DNA of 64,000 nucleotides from positions 66,290 to 130,289 of the forward strand of contig JACPLW010000002.1 in assembly GCA_016186325.1 (NCBI GenBank), in the 5' to 3' direction. Source of the DNA: Parcubacteria group bacterium (GTDB taxonomy: Bacteria > Patescibacteriota > Minisyncoccia > UBA10092). Of this stretch, positions 1 through 9,524 are shown piece by piece. A program made the position numbers and the translations under genes. The notes beneath the pieces were generated by a model. That model had not been told where the DNA came from. It did not search any database and worked only from the letters and a program-made list of their open reading frames with translations. Positions within the stretch are counted from its first letter, which is position 1, and every line of letters begins with the position of its first letter.

Positions 1-13
1 ATCAAGCACAACG

Positions 14-748
14 ATGGTATTTTTTGAGAATATCAATAAAGCCGCTAAAAACGTAGAAAAATCACTGATGCCGAATAACATACCGTCCCAAAACAACGCA
101 ACTATAACTTCGGACGGAATTATCCTTTCGCTCACAAAGGAACAATTTGATTTTCTATACCCCGATTATTTTATTGCCGACTTAATTGATGCCCAAAATT
201 CCTTTGTTAAAGAGCAGGACTCCAGTTACGAACCCATACTAAAAATTGAAACTGATTCCCAAGTTAGATTTATTGAAGAGAAAATCGTGGCCACTTTACT
301 TATAGCCGACATGATAACCAGAGAAAGAGCGGAGCAATTGGTAACTACTATCCGCTTCACTCTCCCCCGGCTTCAAATTACAGGTTTACAAAATCAATAC
401 TCTTATGAATCAATGCCATTTTCAAAATTTTTTGAAACTGCTTTAGAGAGAAAAACGGAACTTCCGGAGACAGCGCCAAAGAGACAACTTTGGACCGGTT
501 TTATAGGGCAAATGGCAAATTCGTTTACTAACAAAGCCCAAGCCGCTTGCGGCGAGTGTGAATCTCGACCGGAATGCTACCAAGATTATCCTGATACTCC
601 GGGAAAAGAAGGATCCTCACTGATTTATCCTTCTTGTTACTGCACCGGCTGTCTTACTTCACTTGGATGCCTTTCCGCAAATGAAGGAGATGCGGCGATT
701 TATGACCAACAAACCGGAATTTGCGGCATCGGTCAGGGACAGCAGTGA
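14..748 (+). CDS. hypothetical protein with Cys-rich C-terminus (first ORF of the T4SS-like block; upstream context cut by window edge)
   Basis: 244-aa ORF with window-typical AT-rich codon usage; C-terminal cluster CGECESRPEC...CYCTGC...CGIG; no family recognised. Confidence 0.45.
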   Translation: MVFFENINKAAKNVEKSLMPNNIPSQNNATITSDGIILSLTKEQFDFLYPDYFIADLIDAQNSFVKEQDSSYEPILKIETDSQVRFIEEKIVATLLIADMITRERAEQLVTTIRFTLPRLQITGLQNQYSYESMPFSKFFETALERKTELPETAPKRQLWTGFIGQMANSFTNKAQAACGECESRPECYQDYPDTPGKEGSSLIYPSCYCTGCLTSLGCLSANEGDAAIYDQQTGICGIGQGQQ

Positions 749-790
749 AGACGGGTTTAAAAACATTTACACACTACCTTTAAACAAACA

Positions 791-1597
791 ATGATTAAAA
801 AACATTTTATAACTATATTTATAGTATCGGCTGGAATTATTTTCGGAGCACTTTTATTTGTTCCGGCTTCAAAAACTTTTTACGTAAAAAACAGCGCACC
901 GCGCCTTCAGGTAGCCAGTATCCATCAAAAGCTGTATCAAGCCGAAGATAGGGTCGGCGATATTTCCAACAATATTATTCCGGAAATAAAAATCCCGGAG
1001 AATTTAACCGAAAATTTCGCCGGGCTTTTAGCCAAATCAATTATTGATAAAAATAATAAGCCGAAAGATGCCAATTCGCCGGCCGAGCCGGGGCTTGATG
1101 TGCCGGACCCGAGTAAAATTGCCGAGGAATTTATAAAAAACGGTTTGGCGAAAGCTAATGAAAATATTTTGAACATTAAACCGCCGGAAATTAAAACATC
1201 GCCGGTAAACAGCAAAGAAGCAATTGAAATTTACCTAGCAGAGACCCAAAAAATATTAAAAGACGCCTTAAAAGGCGAACCGCTTTTATCAATTTTAGAA
1301 GAAATAAACAAAAACAATGGCCAAGGCCTTGAAAAACTTTTGCCCGTAATAAGCGCCCATGAAGCGGCGGCTAATCAAATTGAAGAAAATCCGGCGCCGA
1401 GCAATATAAAAGATTTAATTACGGAGGAAGTTCGCATGTTAAGAATTACGGCCAACATTTTAAGAGCGCTTACCAATGTTGAAACCGACCCCATAGCGAC
1501 TATTGTTGCCGCAAAACAGTTTGGCGCGGTAATTGACAGTTGGGAAGAGCTTCAGAAAAAATTCAATGTTTTTGTTGATAAACTAAATAAAACCTAA
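791..1597 (+). CDS. bitopic membrane protein (N-terminal TM anchor, Lys/Glu-rich extracytoplasmic domain); VirB8-like topology but no sequence-level assignment
   Basis: N-terminal hydrophobic segment IFIVSAGIIFGALLFV immediately after the start; co-directional with and tightly spaced to the VirB6/VirB4 genes. Confidence 0.45.
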   Translation: MIKKHFITIFIVSAGIIFGALLFVPASKTFYVKNSAPRLQVASIHQKLYQAEDRVGDISNNIIPEIKIPENLTENFAGLLAKSIIDKNNKPKDANSPAEPGLDVPDPSKIAEEFIKNGLAKANENILNIKPPEIKTSPVNSKEAIEIYLAETQKILKDALKGEPLLSILEEINKNNGQGLEKLLPVISAHEAAANQIEENPAPSNIKDLITEEVRMLRITANILRALTNVETDPIATIVAAKQFGAVIDSWEELQKKFNVFVDKLNKT

Positions 1598-1605
1598 TCC
1601 CCATA

Positions 1606-3072
1606 ATGAAATTTTTTAATAAAAAAATAGTCGTTTCAGTTTTTTTGTTTTTAATCGTGTTTTCAACCGCGCCAAACGCTGCTTTTGCCGCCGTGCCGAC
1701 TTTTGAAACAAATCCGAAGTTGCTATCCGATGAGTCAATTACGTCTATATTCCAAACAGCCACAAACCTTGAACAGATTTTCGAATGGGCGTTTAAAATA
1801 GCGGCCGAGGCCTTAAAGCGACAACTGCTTAATATGATTGTTGACCAGATAGTCACTTGGATCCAAGGGGGAGGAGAACCAAAATTTATCACCGATTGGC
1901 CGGGGTTCTTTCGGGACGCCGTTGACCAGGCGGGTGGAAGATTCTTACAGCAATTGGGGCTTGGATTGTTTTGTTCGCCATTCAACCTGACATTACGCGC
2001 TGCATTTATACCAATACCGCAATTTTCCGACCGCAGCGCCTGCACCTTAAGCCAGGTAGGAGTTAATCTTGATAACTTTTTAAAAGATTTCAGCAAAGGC
2101 GGCTGGGTGGCTTGGAACGAAATGGTGTTAAAACCCCAAAATAACATCTATGGAGCCTATCTCATGGCTTGGGATCAATATACCGTAGAAAGATCGGCGG
2201 CCCAAAAAGCGGCAGAATCGGAAGCCCAGGCCGGCCAGGGTTTTCTTAGCGTAAAAAAATGCATAAGACAGCACGAAGAAATAATAGGAGAAGAAAATGG
2301 ACAACCGATTACTACCACTGTTTGTGACCAGTATCAGGTGATTACTCCGGGAGCGGTTGTTGGCGACATTGCCGCAAAAGCCGTTGGTTCAGACATTGAC
2401 TATATAGTAAACGCTCAAGATTTTGCCGCTTATGTTTCGGCCATCACTAATGCGATATTAAATAGAATGTTTGCTGAAGGAGTGGGCCTTTTGCATGCCA
2501 GCTTATCCGGAAGAAGCGGTACCACTGGCGGCACTGCCCAACAACAGTGCGCTTCATTTCTTGGCACGCCGGCCTACGCCGAATGTCTAAGCGCGGTTCA
2601 AGCCGGAATAAATGTACGGGAATTTCAGAAAAATTATCTTATAAGATACATTGACCTTGACCTCGTATACCAAAATCAGCTTTTGGGCGCCAAACAGGCG
2701 ACACTGACAATTTTAAACCAATCGCTCAGCATTTTGCGCCAGCTTGAAACCTGCCAAGGATTTCCCAGCCCCGACACAGCCAGAGTTCAGAGCGACATTA
2801 GCACTGTCACCGGCCAAATAGCGGATATTCAATCCGACATTATCGCTCTTCAACTTTTGCAGCAACAGATTAGAAATCTTACCGATTTAAGCAGAATTGC
2901 TTCAATCTACGCCGAAGTGGTTGGAATGTTTAGTCCTGGAGTTACCCAGAGTTTAGCTTTAGCGGCTCAACAGGAAACCAATCAGAAACAGATAATTTTA
3001 AGGAATTATCAGAATCTATTGAATGCCTGCTTGGAGTCAAGAATAATACCGCCGCCGCCACCCGGCGAGTAA
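1606..3072 (+). CDS. secreted hypothetical protein (signal peptide), T4SS-associated
   Basis: N-terminal signal peptide VFLFLIVFSTAPNAAFA; 488 aa, helical, ends PPPPPGE; 9-nt gap to previous gene and 10-nt gap to next. Confidence 0.5.
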   Translation: MKFFNKKIVVSVFLFLIVFSTAPNAAFAAVPTFETNPKLLSDESITSIFQTATNLEQIFEWAFKIAAEALKRQLLNMIVDQIVTWIQGGGEPKFITDWPGFFRDAVDQAGGRFLQQLGLGLFCSPFNLTLRAAFIPIPQFSDRSACTLSQVGVNLDNFLKDFSKGGWVAWNEMVLKPQNNIYGAYLMAWDQYTVERSAAQKAAESEAQAGQGFLSVKKCIRQHEEIIGEENGQPITTTVCDQYQVITPGAVVGDIAAKAVGSDIDYIVNAQDFAAYVSAITNAILNRMFAEGVGLLHASLSGRSGTTGGTAQQQCASFLGTPAYAECLSAVQAGINVREFQKNYLIRYIDLDLVYQNQLLGAKQATLTILNQSLSILRQLETCQGFPSPDTARVQSDISTVTGQIADIQSDIIALQLLQQQIRNLTDLSRIASIYAEVVGMFSPGVTQSLALAAQQETNQKQIILRNYQNLLNACLESRIIPPPPPGE

Positions 3073-3082
3073 TTCGTAGTTT

Positions 3083-5065
3083 ATGAAAAAATTTCTAACA
3101 AAAAACAAAAAAATTGTCTGTTTGATGATTGCCAGCATTGTTATCTTTTCTTTACCATTTCCCGCCTCGGCCGTTTGGTACAATCCGACCTCTTGGTTAG
3201 GCAGCCTTGTCACTCTTAGCGCGGATGCTTTACTTTTTGTTTCAAGCGTTATCAGCGCCATGATAGGAATAGTTTTTGGCGTCATAATTTATCTCGAAGC
3301 CCAAATAATAGATTATCTGCTTAATCCAACAAATTTTCCCATGACTAACGCGCCAATTGTGACTCTCGGGTGGGGTATTACTCGCGACTTGGCCAACATG
3401 TTTTTCATTCTCATTCTCCTTATTATCGCGTTCGCGACGGTTTTAAGAATCCAATCCTACGCTTTAAAACAACTTTTGTGGAAAGTGGTCGTGGCCGCGC
3501 TCCTCATTAACTTCAGCTTGGTCATCGCCGGTTTTGTCATTGATTTTACTAATGTTATCACTACATTTTTCTTACGCCAAATTATAGGCAATAACGGAGT
3601 ATTTACATTTACCGGCAAATTAATGTCTGCAATGCAAATTCTTAATTTTTACAACCCCTCTCCACCAGAAGGAATAATTAGCGGAGCGACTCAATTCGGT
3701 GCTGCCGCTATAGCCGCTTTCGCGGGCATTGTTTTAACTTTAATCGCACTCATTGTAACTACATTTGTTTTCGGCGCGGCAATGATATTTTTAATAGTTA
3801 GAATCATTAACATTTGGATTTTATTGATTTTCGCGCCCATTGTCTGGACGCTTTGGATTCTGCCGGCTACAAGCGGCCAATTTTCAAAATGGTGGCATTC
3901 TTTTTTGCAGTGGGCTTTTTTCGCGCCGATTTTCGTTTTTATGATGTATCTTTCACTTTCCATTTTTGACGCCACTGGCAAATTAAAAGAGCATATCGGC
4001 CCGGTAGCGCTCCCGGCTAACTGGAATAAAGCGGAGGCCGGTCTTACAACAGCCGCGATGCCAGCGGCAATTTTCCAGTTTGCCTTAGCAATTGGTTTAA
4101 TGTTCGGTTCTTTAATCGTAGCCCAAAAATTCGGCACTTACGGCGCCGCCGCCAGCCAGAAGATGCTTGAAGGGTGGGGTAATAGCGCTAAAGGATTAGC
4201 CGCAAGGGAACTTAGAAAGAGAGGGGCGGGCTGGACCCAGCCGCTACCCGAAGGCGCTCCACCACCAACTGGTGTAAGAGGCATCATAAGAAGAGCTGGC
4301 GCAGGACTAGGCAGAGCCGCGGTGGCTGTGCCCGGTGCTAGAGGAGCATACTTGAATTTGCAGGCAAAAAATAAAAAAGATTATGAAGACGCACAAAATA
4401 AATACAAAGACGTTGATCCGGCAGTATTACAACAAATGTCGCAATCAACATTAATAGATTCAAGGGGAAAACTTGCGATTAAGCATTTACTTATGAGCAA
4501 AGGAAAGTTAAAACCGCAAGCGCCGGAACTTATGAAAATGCTTGACCAATCAAGACAATACGGCAAAGAAGGAGAAATGTTAAAATTGGTTTCTGAAAAA
4601 ATGAATAAAGATTTAACCGCCGCTAATGGCTATGGTAATGCTGAAAGAACAGAACTGCTGCAAAGAGCAAAAAAGTATGGTAATGAAAAAGATTATCTTA
4701 AATTCTTCCCGAACCTTGCTCCAGCAATAGGTAAGACAATTCAAGAAGCCGTTAAGGGAATAGAAAAAGCATCAGATATCTACGTTGATCAGATGACCGC
4801 CGATGTTGTAAGAGAATTAAGCATGCCTCAGCTCAAAGATATAGGCAAGAGCGGTTCCGATGCACAGAGAAGAGCTACAAAAATAGCCGTCATTCAAGAT
4901 TACAGAGGCCTTAGTCTAAGCGATAGGCAAAGCATCAGAATCGTATCTTTTGAAAAGAATCTTCAAAAACGAGAAGAGCTTAGAAAAACCTTACCGGAAA
5001 ACTTAAGAAAAATGTCCTACCAGCGAGAAATTACTACAACGCCCGCATGGGAACAAAACATTTAA
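3083..5065 (+). CDS. VirB6/TrbL-like polytopic inner-membrane channel protein with long hydrophilic C-terminal tail
   Basis: 660 aa; at least 6-7 long hydrophobic helices in the first ~350 aa, Gly/Arg-rich linker, Lys-rich soluble tail; sits in a VirB3-VirB4 neighbourhood as in Gram-positive/monoderm T4SS. Confidence 0.55.
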   Translation: MKKFLTKNKKIVCLMIASIVIFSLPFPASAVWYNPTSWLGSLVTLSADALLFVSSVISAMIGIVFGVIIYLEAQIIDYLLNPTNFPMTNAPIVTLGWGITRDLANMFFILILLIIAFATVLRIQSYALKQLLWKVVVAALLINFSLVIAGFVIDFTNVITTFFLRQIIGNNGVFTFTGKLMSAMQILNFYNPSPPEGIISGATQFGAAAIAAFAGIVLTLIALIVTTFVFGAAMIFLIVRIINIWILLIFAPIVWTLWILPATSGQFSKWWHSFLQWAFFAPIFVFMMYLSLSIFDATGKLKEHIGPVALPANWNKAEAGLTTAAMPAAIFQFALAIGLMFGSLIVAQKFGTYGAAASQKMLEGWGNSAKGLAARELRKRGAGWTQPLPEGAPPPTGVRGIIRRAGAGLGRAAVAVPGARGAYLNLQAKNKKDYEDAQNKYKDVDPAVLQQMSQSTLIDSRGKLAIKHLLMSKGKLKPQAPELMKMLDQSRQYGKEGEMLKLVSEKMNKDLTAANGYGNAERTELLQRAKKYGNEKDYLKFFPNLAPAIGKTIQEAVKGIEKASDIYVDQMTADVVRELSMPQLKDIGKSGSDAQRRATKIAVIQDYRGLSLSDRQSIRIVSFEKNLQKREELRKTLPENLRKMSYQREITTTPAWEQNI

Positions 5066-5074
5066 TTTCAATAT

Positions 5075-6031
5075 ATGCCAGAATTAACTCGAGAAGAAAA
5101 AATAAAATTATTTGAAAAGTTGCCGAAAGAACTTCAGGATTTGATGGAATCCGAAAATACCGGCGCGTTTTTATTGTATTTGGGAGAAAAATATAATTTA
5201 GATGAAGATAAAATTTCTTTACTTTCTAAAATCGTTGGCAACGTTATTTTAAAAATTACGCCGATAACAAGTTTAGCCCAAGAAATTGTAAATAAAGTAA
5301 TTCCCGACTCTCAAATAGCAATGGCGATTTCCCAAGAATTAAACAGCGGGCTTCTAACGCCTGTCTTAATGCAAGCCCCAACAGCGCCGCCAGCTATAAC
5401 GGCAACACCAAGACCTGTTTTACCAACTGCCCCCGCACTCCAACCCATTCCATCTCCTGCTGTCCCTTCAGCAAAAATTGTTTCGCCCGCCGTGCCGAAA
5501 ATTGACCAATATCGCGAACCAACAACAGCGGGGCCGGAAATTATTGACTTGAGAAAAGCCCCGCCATCGCCACTCCACAGCTTTCCTCGACCTTCCGAAG
5601 CCTTGCGCGAAGGAGGTAGCGAAGGAGAGCTACCGCCCGGGTTGCCTGTAGCCGCCGCGCCAATTCTACTTGAAGCAGATCCTCATTTACCCGAAAAAAT
5701 TTCACCTGCGCCGCCTGTCCAAATACCAAGTACCAAATACCAAATACCGTTAACCGACACTTACCGTGAATCCATTCCACCGGCAACCGCGCCTGCCGCT
5801 CCGTTGATGCCGGCAACAAATGCAGAGCCCAAAGAACCGCCTGTGGCAGGTAAAGTCGAACCACCTGTGGTGAGTAAAGTCGAACCACCACCTCAATATA
5901 TCATTAGGCCGCCCGGCTTACCGCCAATCCCGACGCCTCAGGTCGGGACTCCGACTTCGCCACAGGCGAACGTCGGAGCCGATAGTTATCGTGATGTTTT
6001 AGATTTAAGAAAAGACAAGGGAGAATTTTAA
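5075..6031 (+). CDS. proline-rich low-complexity protein (T4SS-associated, possible cell-wall spanning or adhesin-like)
   Basis: 318 aa; structured N-terminal ~90 aa then P/A/T-rich tract with a tandem 27-nt duplication (GKVEPPVV/SKVEPPP); contains a GC-rich palindromic insert at 5591-5616. Confidence 0.45.
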   Translation: MPELTREEKIKLFEKLPKELQDLMESENTGAFLLYLGEKYNLDEDKISLLSKIVGNVILKITPITSLAQEIVNKVIPDSQIAMAISQELNSGLLTPVLMQAPTAPPAITATPRPVLPTAPALQPIPSPAVPSAKIVSPAVPKIDQYREPTTAGPEIIDLRKAPPSPLHSFPRPSEALREGGSEGELPPGLPVAAAPILLEADPHLPEKISPAPPVQIPSTKYQIPLTDTYRESIPPATAPAAPLMPATNAEPKEPPVAGKVEPPVVSKVEPPPQYIIRPPGLPPIPTPQVGTPTSPQANVGADSYRDVLDLRKDKGEF

Positions 6032-6044
6032 ATCTTAGAAATTT

Positions 6045-6473
6045 ATGACTCAATACCAGGTCCCACAATTTGTAGATATAGAAGACAGGATCATCGGGCC
6101 GCTTACGCTTAAGCAATTTTTATATCTTGCTTTTGGCGGCGCCATTCTTTTTGTTACTTGGTTTATTTTCAAATTTTTCATCTGGATAATCATTGCCATT
6201 CCCGTGATCGCTGCCGCTTTGGCTTTTGCTTTTATAAAAATAAACGACCGGCCGTTTGTTTATTTTGCAATCGCCGCAGTATCGTATTTTATGAAACCAA
6301 GACTATATATTTTCAAGACTGCATCAAAAAAACCGGAACCTGTAATTTTGCCCGAAAAAACACCGGAATCCTCCTCCGCCCCGCAAAGCGGGGCTTCGGC
6401 GGACGAGAAAGTAACCAGATCAAAATTAAAAGAACTGGCGCTTAGTTTGGATACGGGCGCGCAGCGCCTTTAA
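6045..6473 (+). CDS. PrgI/VirB3-like small membrane protein
   Basis: 142 aa; N-terminus VPQFVDIEDRIIGPLTLKQFLYLAFGGAILF then a two-TM hairpin, resembling the PrgI family; directly upstream of the VirB4 ORFs. Confidence 0.6.
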   Translation: MTQYQVPQFVDIEDRIIGPLTLKQFLYLAFGGAILFVTWFIFKFFIWIIIAIPVIAAALAFAFIKINDRPFVYFAIAAVSYFMKPRLYIFKTASKKPEPVILPEKTPESSSAPQSGASADEKVTRSKLKELALSLDTGAQRL

Positions 6474-6478
6474 CAATC

Positions 6479-7144
6479 ATGCCGGAAACGCAAAAAACAA
6501 TTAAAGGGCCCGCAACACAGGAGTTTTTAGCCGTGGATGAAATCCGAGAAGATGTCGTTATTTTAAAAAACGGCGGGCTTCGGGCGGTTTTGATGACCGG
6601 TTCAAGAAACCTGGAGCTTGAATCAATCGATACTCAAAATGCCATCATCAAAAACTACGCCGATTTTCTAAATTCTTTTGACTGGCCGATTCAAATAATA
6701 ATCCATTCAAGAAAACTGGATATTAATCCCTATTTAAAATTACTTGAAGAAAAGTTAAAAACTCAAGAAAACGAGCTTCTAAAAATTCAGACAGCCGAAT
6801 ACATCGATTTTATAAGAAGTTTTGTTTCTCTTTCCGATGTGATGATTAAGAGGTTTTACATTTCCGTGGCCTTTGACCCAATTGAGTCAAAAACTGAAGG
6901 ACCGCTTGAAAAACTTGCCTCCATGATCGGCAAAGCGTCAAAAAAAGCCGCGCTTTCAGAAGAGATGTTCAAAGAATACAGAAGTCAAATGCTTCAACGG
7001 GTTGAACACACGGTCTTGACATTAGCCCACATCGGCATTAAGGCATCGCAGTTAAAGACAGACGAACTCATTGAACTGTTTTACAATCTTTATAATCCGG
7101 AAGATTTAGAGAAGAAAGACATTCAACTAACCGACAACTTGTAA
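6479..7144 (+). CDS. virB4: VirB4/TraC-family ATPase, N-terminal domain (separate ORF)
   Basis: Start motif TQEFLAVDEIREDVVILKNGGLRAVLMTGSRNLEL matches the VirB4/CagE N-terminal region; ends at TAA at 7145; next ORF in a different frame continues the family. Confidence 0.6.
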   Translation: MPETQKTIKGPATQEFLAVDEIREDVVILKNGGLRAVLMTGSRNLELESIDTQNAIIKNYADFLNSFDWPIQIIIHSRKLDINPYLKLLEEKLKTQENELLKIQTAEYIDFIRSFVSLSDVMIKRFYISVAFDPIESKTEGPLEKLASMIGKASKKAALSEEMFKEYRSQMLQRVEHTVLTLAHIGIKASQLKTDELIELFYNLYNPEDLEKKDIQLTDNL

Positions 7145-7161
7145 CAAAATAAGCAACCAAA

Positions 7162-9015
7162 ATGGCATTGTCTTTTTTCGGAAAAAAATCCGCCCAAAAC
7201 GAGACCTCGCCCCTTCGGGGCGGGGAAGGAATTCAGGGCGTTGTTACGCCGGAACAGGCCTATCAAAAAGGGCTGGCGTCTTTGCACGATATCTTGGCAC
7301 CATCGGCTCTAGAGGTTAATACTAATTACTTGCGCCTTGGTAAAAAGTTCGTTCAGAACTTTTTCATATTCAACTACCCTCGTTTTCTCAACACTAATTG
7401 GTTTGCTTCGGTTATTAACTTGGACAAAACAATGGACATAAGTTTTTTTATACATCCGGTTGATACGGGAATTGCCCTAAAAAATCTAAGAAAAAAAGTG
7501 GCGCAAGTTGAATCGGAACTTTCAATACGCGATGATAAAGGGCTGGTACGCGACCCAATGCTTGAAACTGCTTACAACGATCTTGAAGATTTGAGAGATA
7601 AACTTCAGCAATCAAGAGAAAAACTTTTCAAGTTCGGGCTTTACATAACCGCTTATGCCGATTCGCTTGAAGAAATGGAAAAAGTTGAAAACGCGATTCG
7701 CTCAATTTTAGACGCCAAACTGGTTTACAGTAAGCCGGCTATTTATCAACAGCTTAAAGGCTTTAACTCCACCCTGCCTCTTTCAAATGATGAACTCCAA
7801 ATAAATACAACCATGAACTCGGGGTCGATATCCGCGACCTTTCCTTTTGTTTCTTCGGATTTAACTTCTGACAACGGCATACTTTACGGCCTAAACCGCC
7901 ACAATAATTCGCTTATTCTTTTCGACAGATTTTCCTTGGAAAACGCCAATACCGTTGTTTTCGGCAAATCGGGCGGCGGAAAATCTTATGCTTCAAAATT
8001 GGAAATTCTAAGGTCTTTAATGCTTGGAGCAGACATTATTGTTTTTGATCCCGAAAGTGAATACCAGTTTCTCGCGGAAACTATCGGCGGCGCTTTTTTT
8101 AAAATTTCATTAACTTCTCAAAATCATTTAAATCCTTTTGACCTGCCAAAACCGCAAGAAGGTGAAAATCCGGCGGACATTTTAAGATCAAACATTATTA
8201 ATCTTGTCGGCCTTATAAGAATAATGCTGGGCGGCTTGAGCCCCGAAGAAGACGCCATAATCGATTCTGCTATAACCCAGACTTATGCCAGCCGCGACAT
8301 CACTCCCGCAACCACAGACTTTTCAAAAAATATCATGCCCACAATGACAGACCTTAAAACGATTTTGGACAGCATGACCGGCGCCGAATCACTTTCAAGA
8401 CGGCTGGAAAAATACGTTACCGGTTCTTACGCCGGCTTTATTAACAACCCGAGCAACATTGAAATAAAAAGTAAATTTGTGGTTTTCAGCATCCGCGACA
8501 TGGAAGAAGAACTGCGGCCGATAGCAATGTATATGATGCTTCACTTTATCTGGAATATTGTCCGCTCGGAACTTAAGAAGAGAATCCTTATGGTTGACGA
8601 GGCTTGGTGGCTTTTAAAATCAGAGGACGGCGCTTCTTTTATGTTTGGAATTGCCAAGCGCGCCAGAAAATACTTTTTGGGAGTGACCACCATTACCCAG
8701 GACGTATCCGATTTCTTAAGCAGTTCTTATGGAAAACCAATTTTAACCAATTCTTCTTTGCAGTTTCTTTTTAAGCAGTCGCCGGCAAACATTGACGTTC
8801 TCCAAAAAACTTTTAACTTGACCGATGAGGAAAAATTCTTATTGCTTGAGTCGGAGGTCGGCGAGGGCCTGTTTTTTGCCGGATCAAAACACGTGGCCAT
8901 TAAAGTAATCGCTTCCTATACCGAAGACCAGATTATCACTTCCGACCCGGCTCAGCTCCTGCAAATAGAGGCCGCAAAAAAAGAATTGGAGCGTGCCGAA
9001 ACAATAACACCGTAA
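7162..9015 (+). CDS. virB4: VirB4/TraC-family ATPase, C-terminal NTPase domain
   Basis: Walker A VVFGKSGGGKSYASK, Walker B/DEAW box RILMVDEAWWLL, length and order typical of VirB4 C-half; carries an in-frame GC palindromic insert at 7201-7230. Confidence 0.8.
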   Translation: MALSFFGKKSAQNETSPLRGGEGIQGVVTPEQAYQKGLASLHDILAPSALEVNTNYLRLGKKFVQNFFIFNYPRFLNTNWFASVINLDKTMDISFFIHPVDTGIALKNLRKKVAQVESELSIRDDKGLVRDPMLETAYNDLEDLRDKLQQSREKLFKFGLYITAYADSLEEMEKVENAIRSILDAKLVYSKPAIYQQLKGFNSTLPLSNDELQINTTMNSGSISATFPFVSSDLTSDNGILYGLNRHNNSLILFDRFSLENANTVVFGKSGGGKSYASKLEILRSLMLGADIIVFDPESEYQFLAETIGGAFFKISLTSQNHLNPFDLPKPQEGENPADILRSNIINLVGLIRIMLGGLSPEEDAIIDSAITQTYASRDITPATTDFSKNIMPTMTDLKTILDSMTGAESLSRRLEKYVTGSYAGFINNPSNIEIKSKFVVFSIRDMEEELRPIAMYMMLHFIWNIVRSELKKRILMVDEAWWLLKSEDGASFMFGIAKRARKYFLGVTTITQDVSDFLSSSYGKPILTNSSLQFLFKQSPANIDVLQKTFNLTDEEKFLLLESEVGEGLFFAGSKHVAIKVIASYTEDQIITSDPAQLLQIEAAKKELERAETITP

Positions 9016-9059
9016 ATTAGAGATTAGATATTAGGATTTAGAAATTATATAATGTATAT

Positions 9060-9521
9060 ATGGCACTAGCGGAAAAATTAGAAAAAAGAGAAGCTTCTTT
9101 AAAAGAAAAACTAACCAAAAAATCCCAGGAAGCCGAAAGAAGCAAAACAGTGAAAATTGATTCAATGGAATGGCTCATATTATTTATGGGCGCCGGCTAC
9201 ATTGATCTGCTTTTTGTAATTTTAACCGTTATAGGATTAATACCAGTAGTGGGACAGGTTATTTATGCCATTGCAGATCCGGCCATGAACATTATCGCTA
9301 CGGGCATATTTTGGTTTTACTTGCAGTATAAAGGACTCGGAGGTTATTGGTGGCTGGCCTTTGGAGGCGGCGTGGCGAATCTGATCCCTGTCGTTAATTG
9401 GATTGGCTGGATAATGGCGGTTTTAATTCTTTACTTCTTAATCAAGGCGGAAAAAATTCCTTTGGCCGGTGAAGCGATTGAAAAAGCCGCCAAAGCAGCG
9501 TCAAAAGTTCCGATTAAATAA
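9060..9521 (+). CDS. small polytopic membrane protein (3-4 TM), T4SS-associated
   Basis: 153 aa; charged N-terminus then hydrophobic stretches LILFMGAGYIDLLFVILTVIGLIPVV and WIGWIMAVLILYFLI. Confidence 0.45.
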   Translation: MALAEKLEKREASLKEKLTKKSQEAERSKTVKIDSMEWLILFMGAGYIDLLFVILTVIGLIPVVGQVIYAIADPAMNIIATGIFWFYLQYKGLGGYWWLAFGGGVANLIPVVNWIGWIMAVLILYFLIKAEKIPLAGEAIEKAAKAASKVPIK

Positions 9522-9524
9522 ATA

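Noticed and set aside
937-1215. 92-aa minus-strand ORF
   Set aside because: Entirely antisense to the 791-1597 membrane-protein gene; low-complexity product; no RBS
1563-2147. 194-aa minus-strand ORF
   Set aside because: Antisense to the well-supported secreted-protein gene 1606-3072 and overlaps the end of the previous gene; compositionally odd
3691-4137. 148-aa minus-strand ORF inside the VirB6-like gene
   Set aside because: Antisense overlap with a long polytopic membrane-protein frame that has coherent TM periodicity
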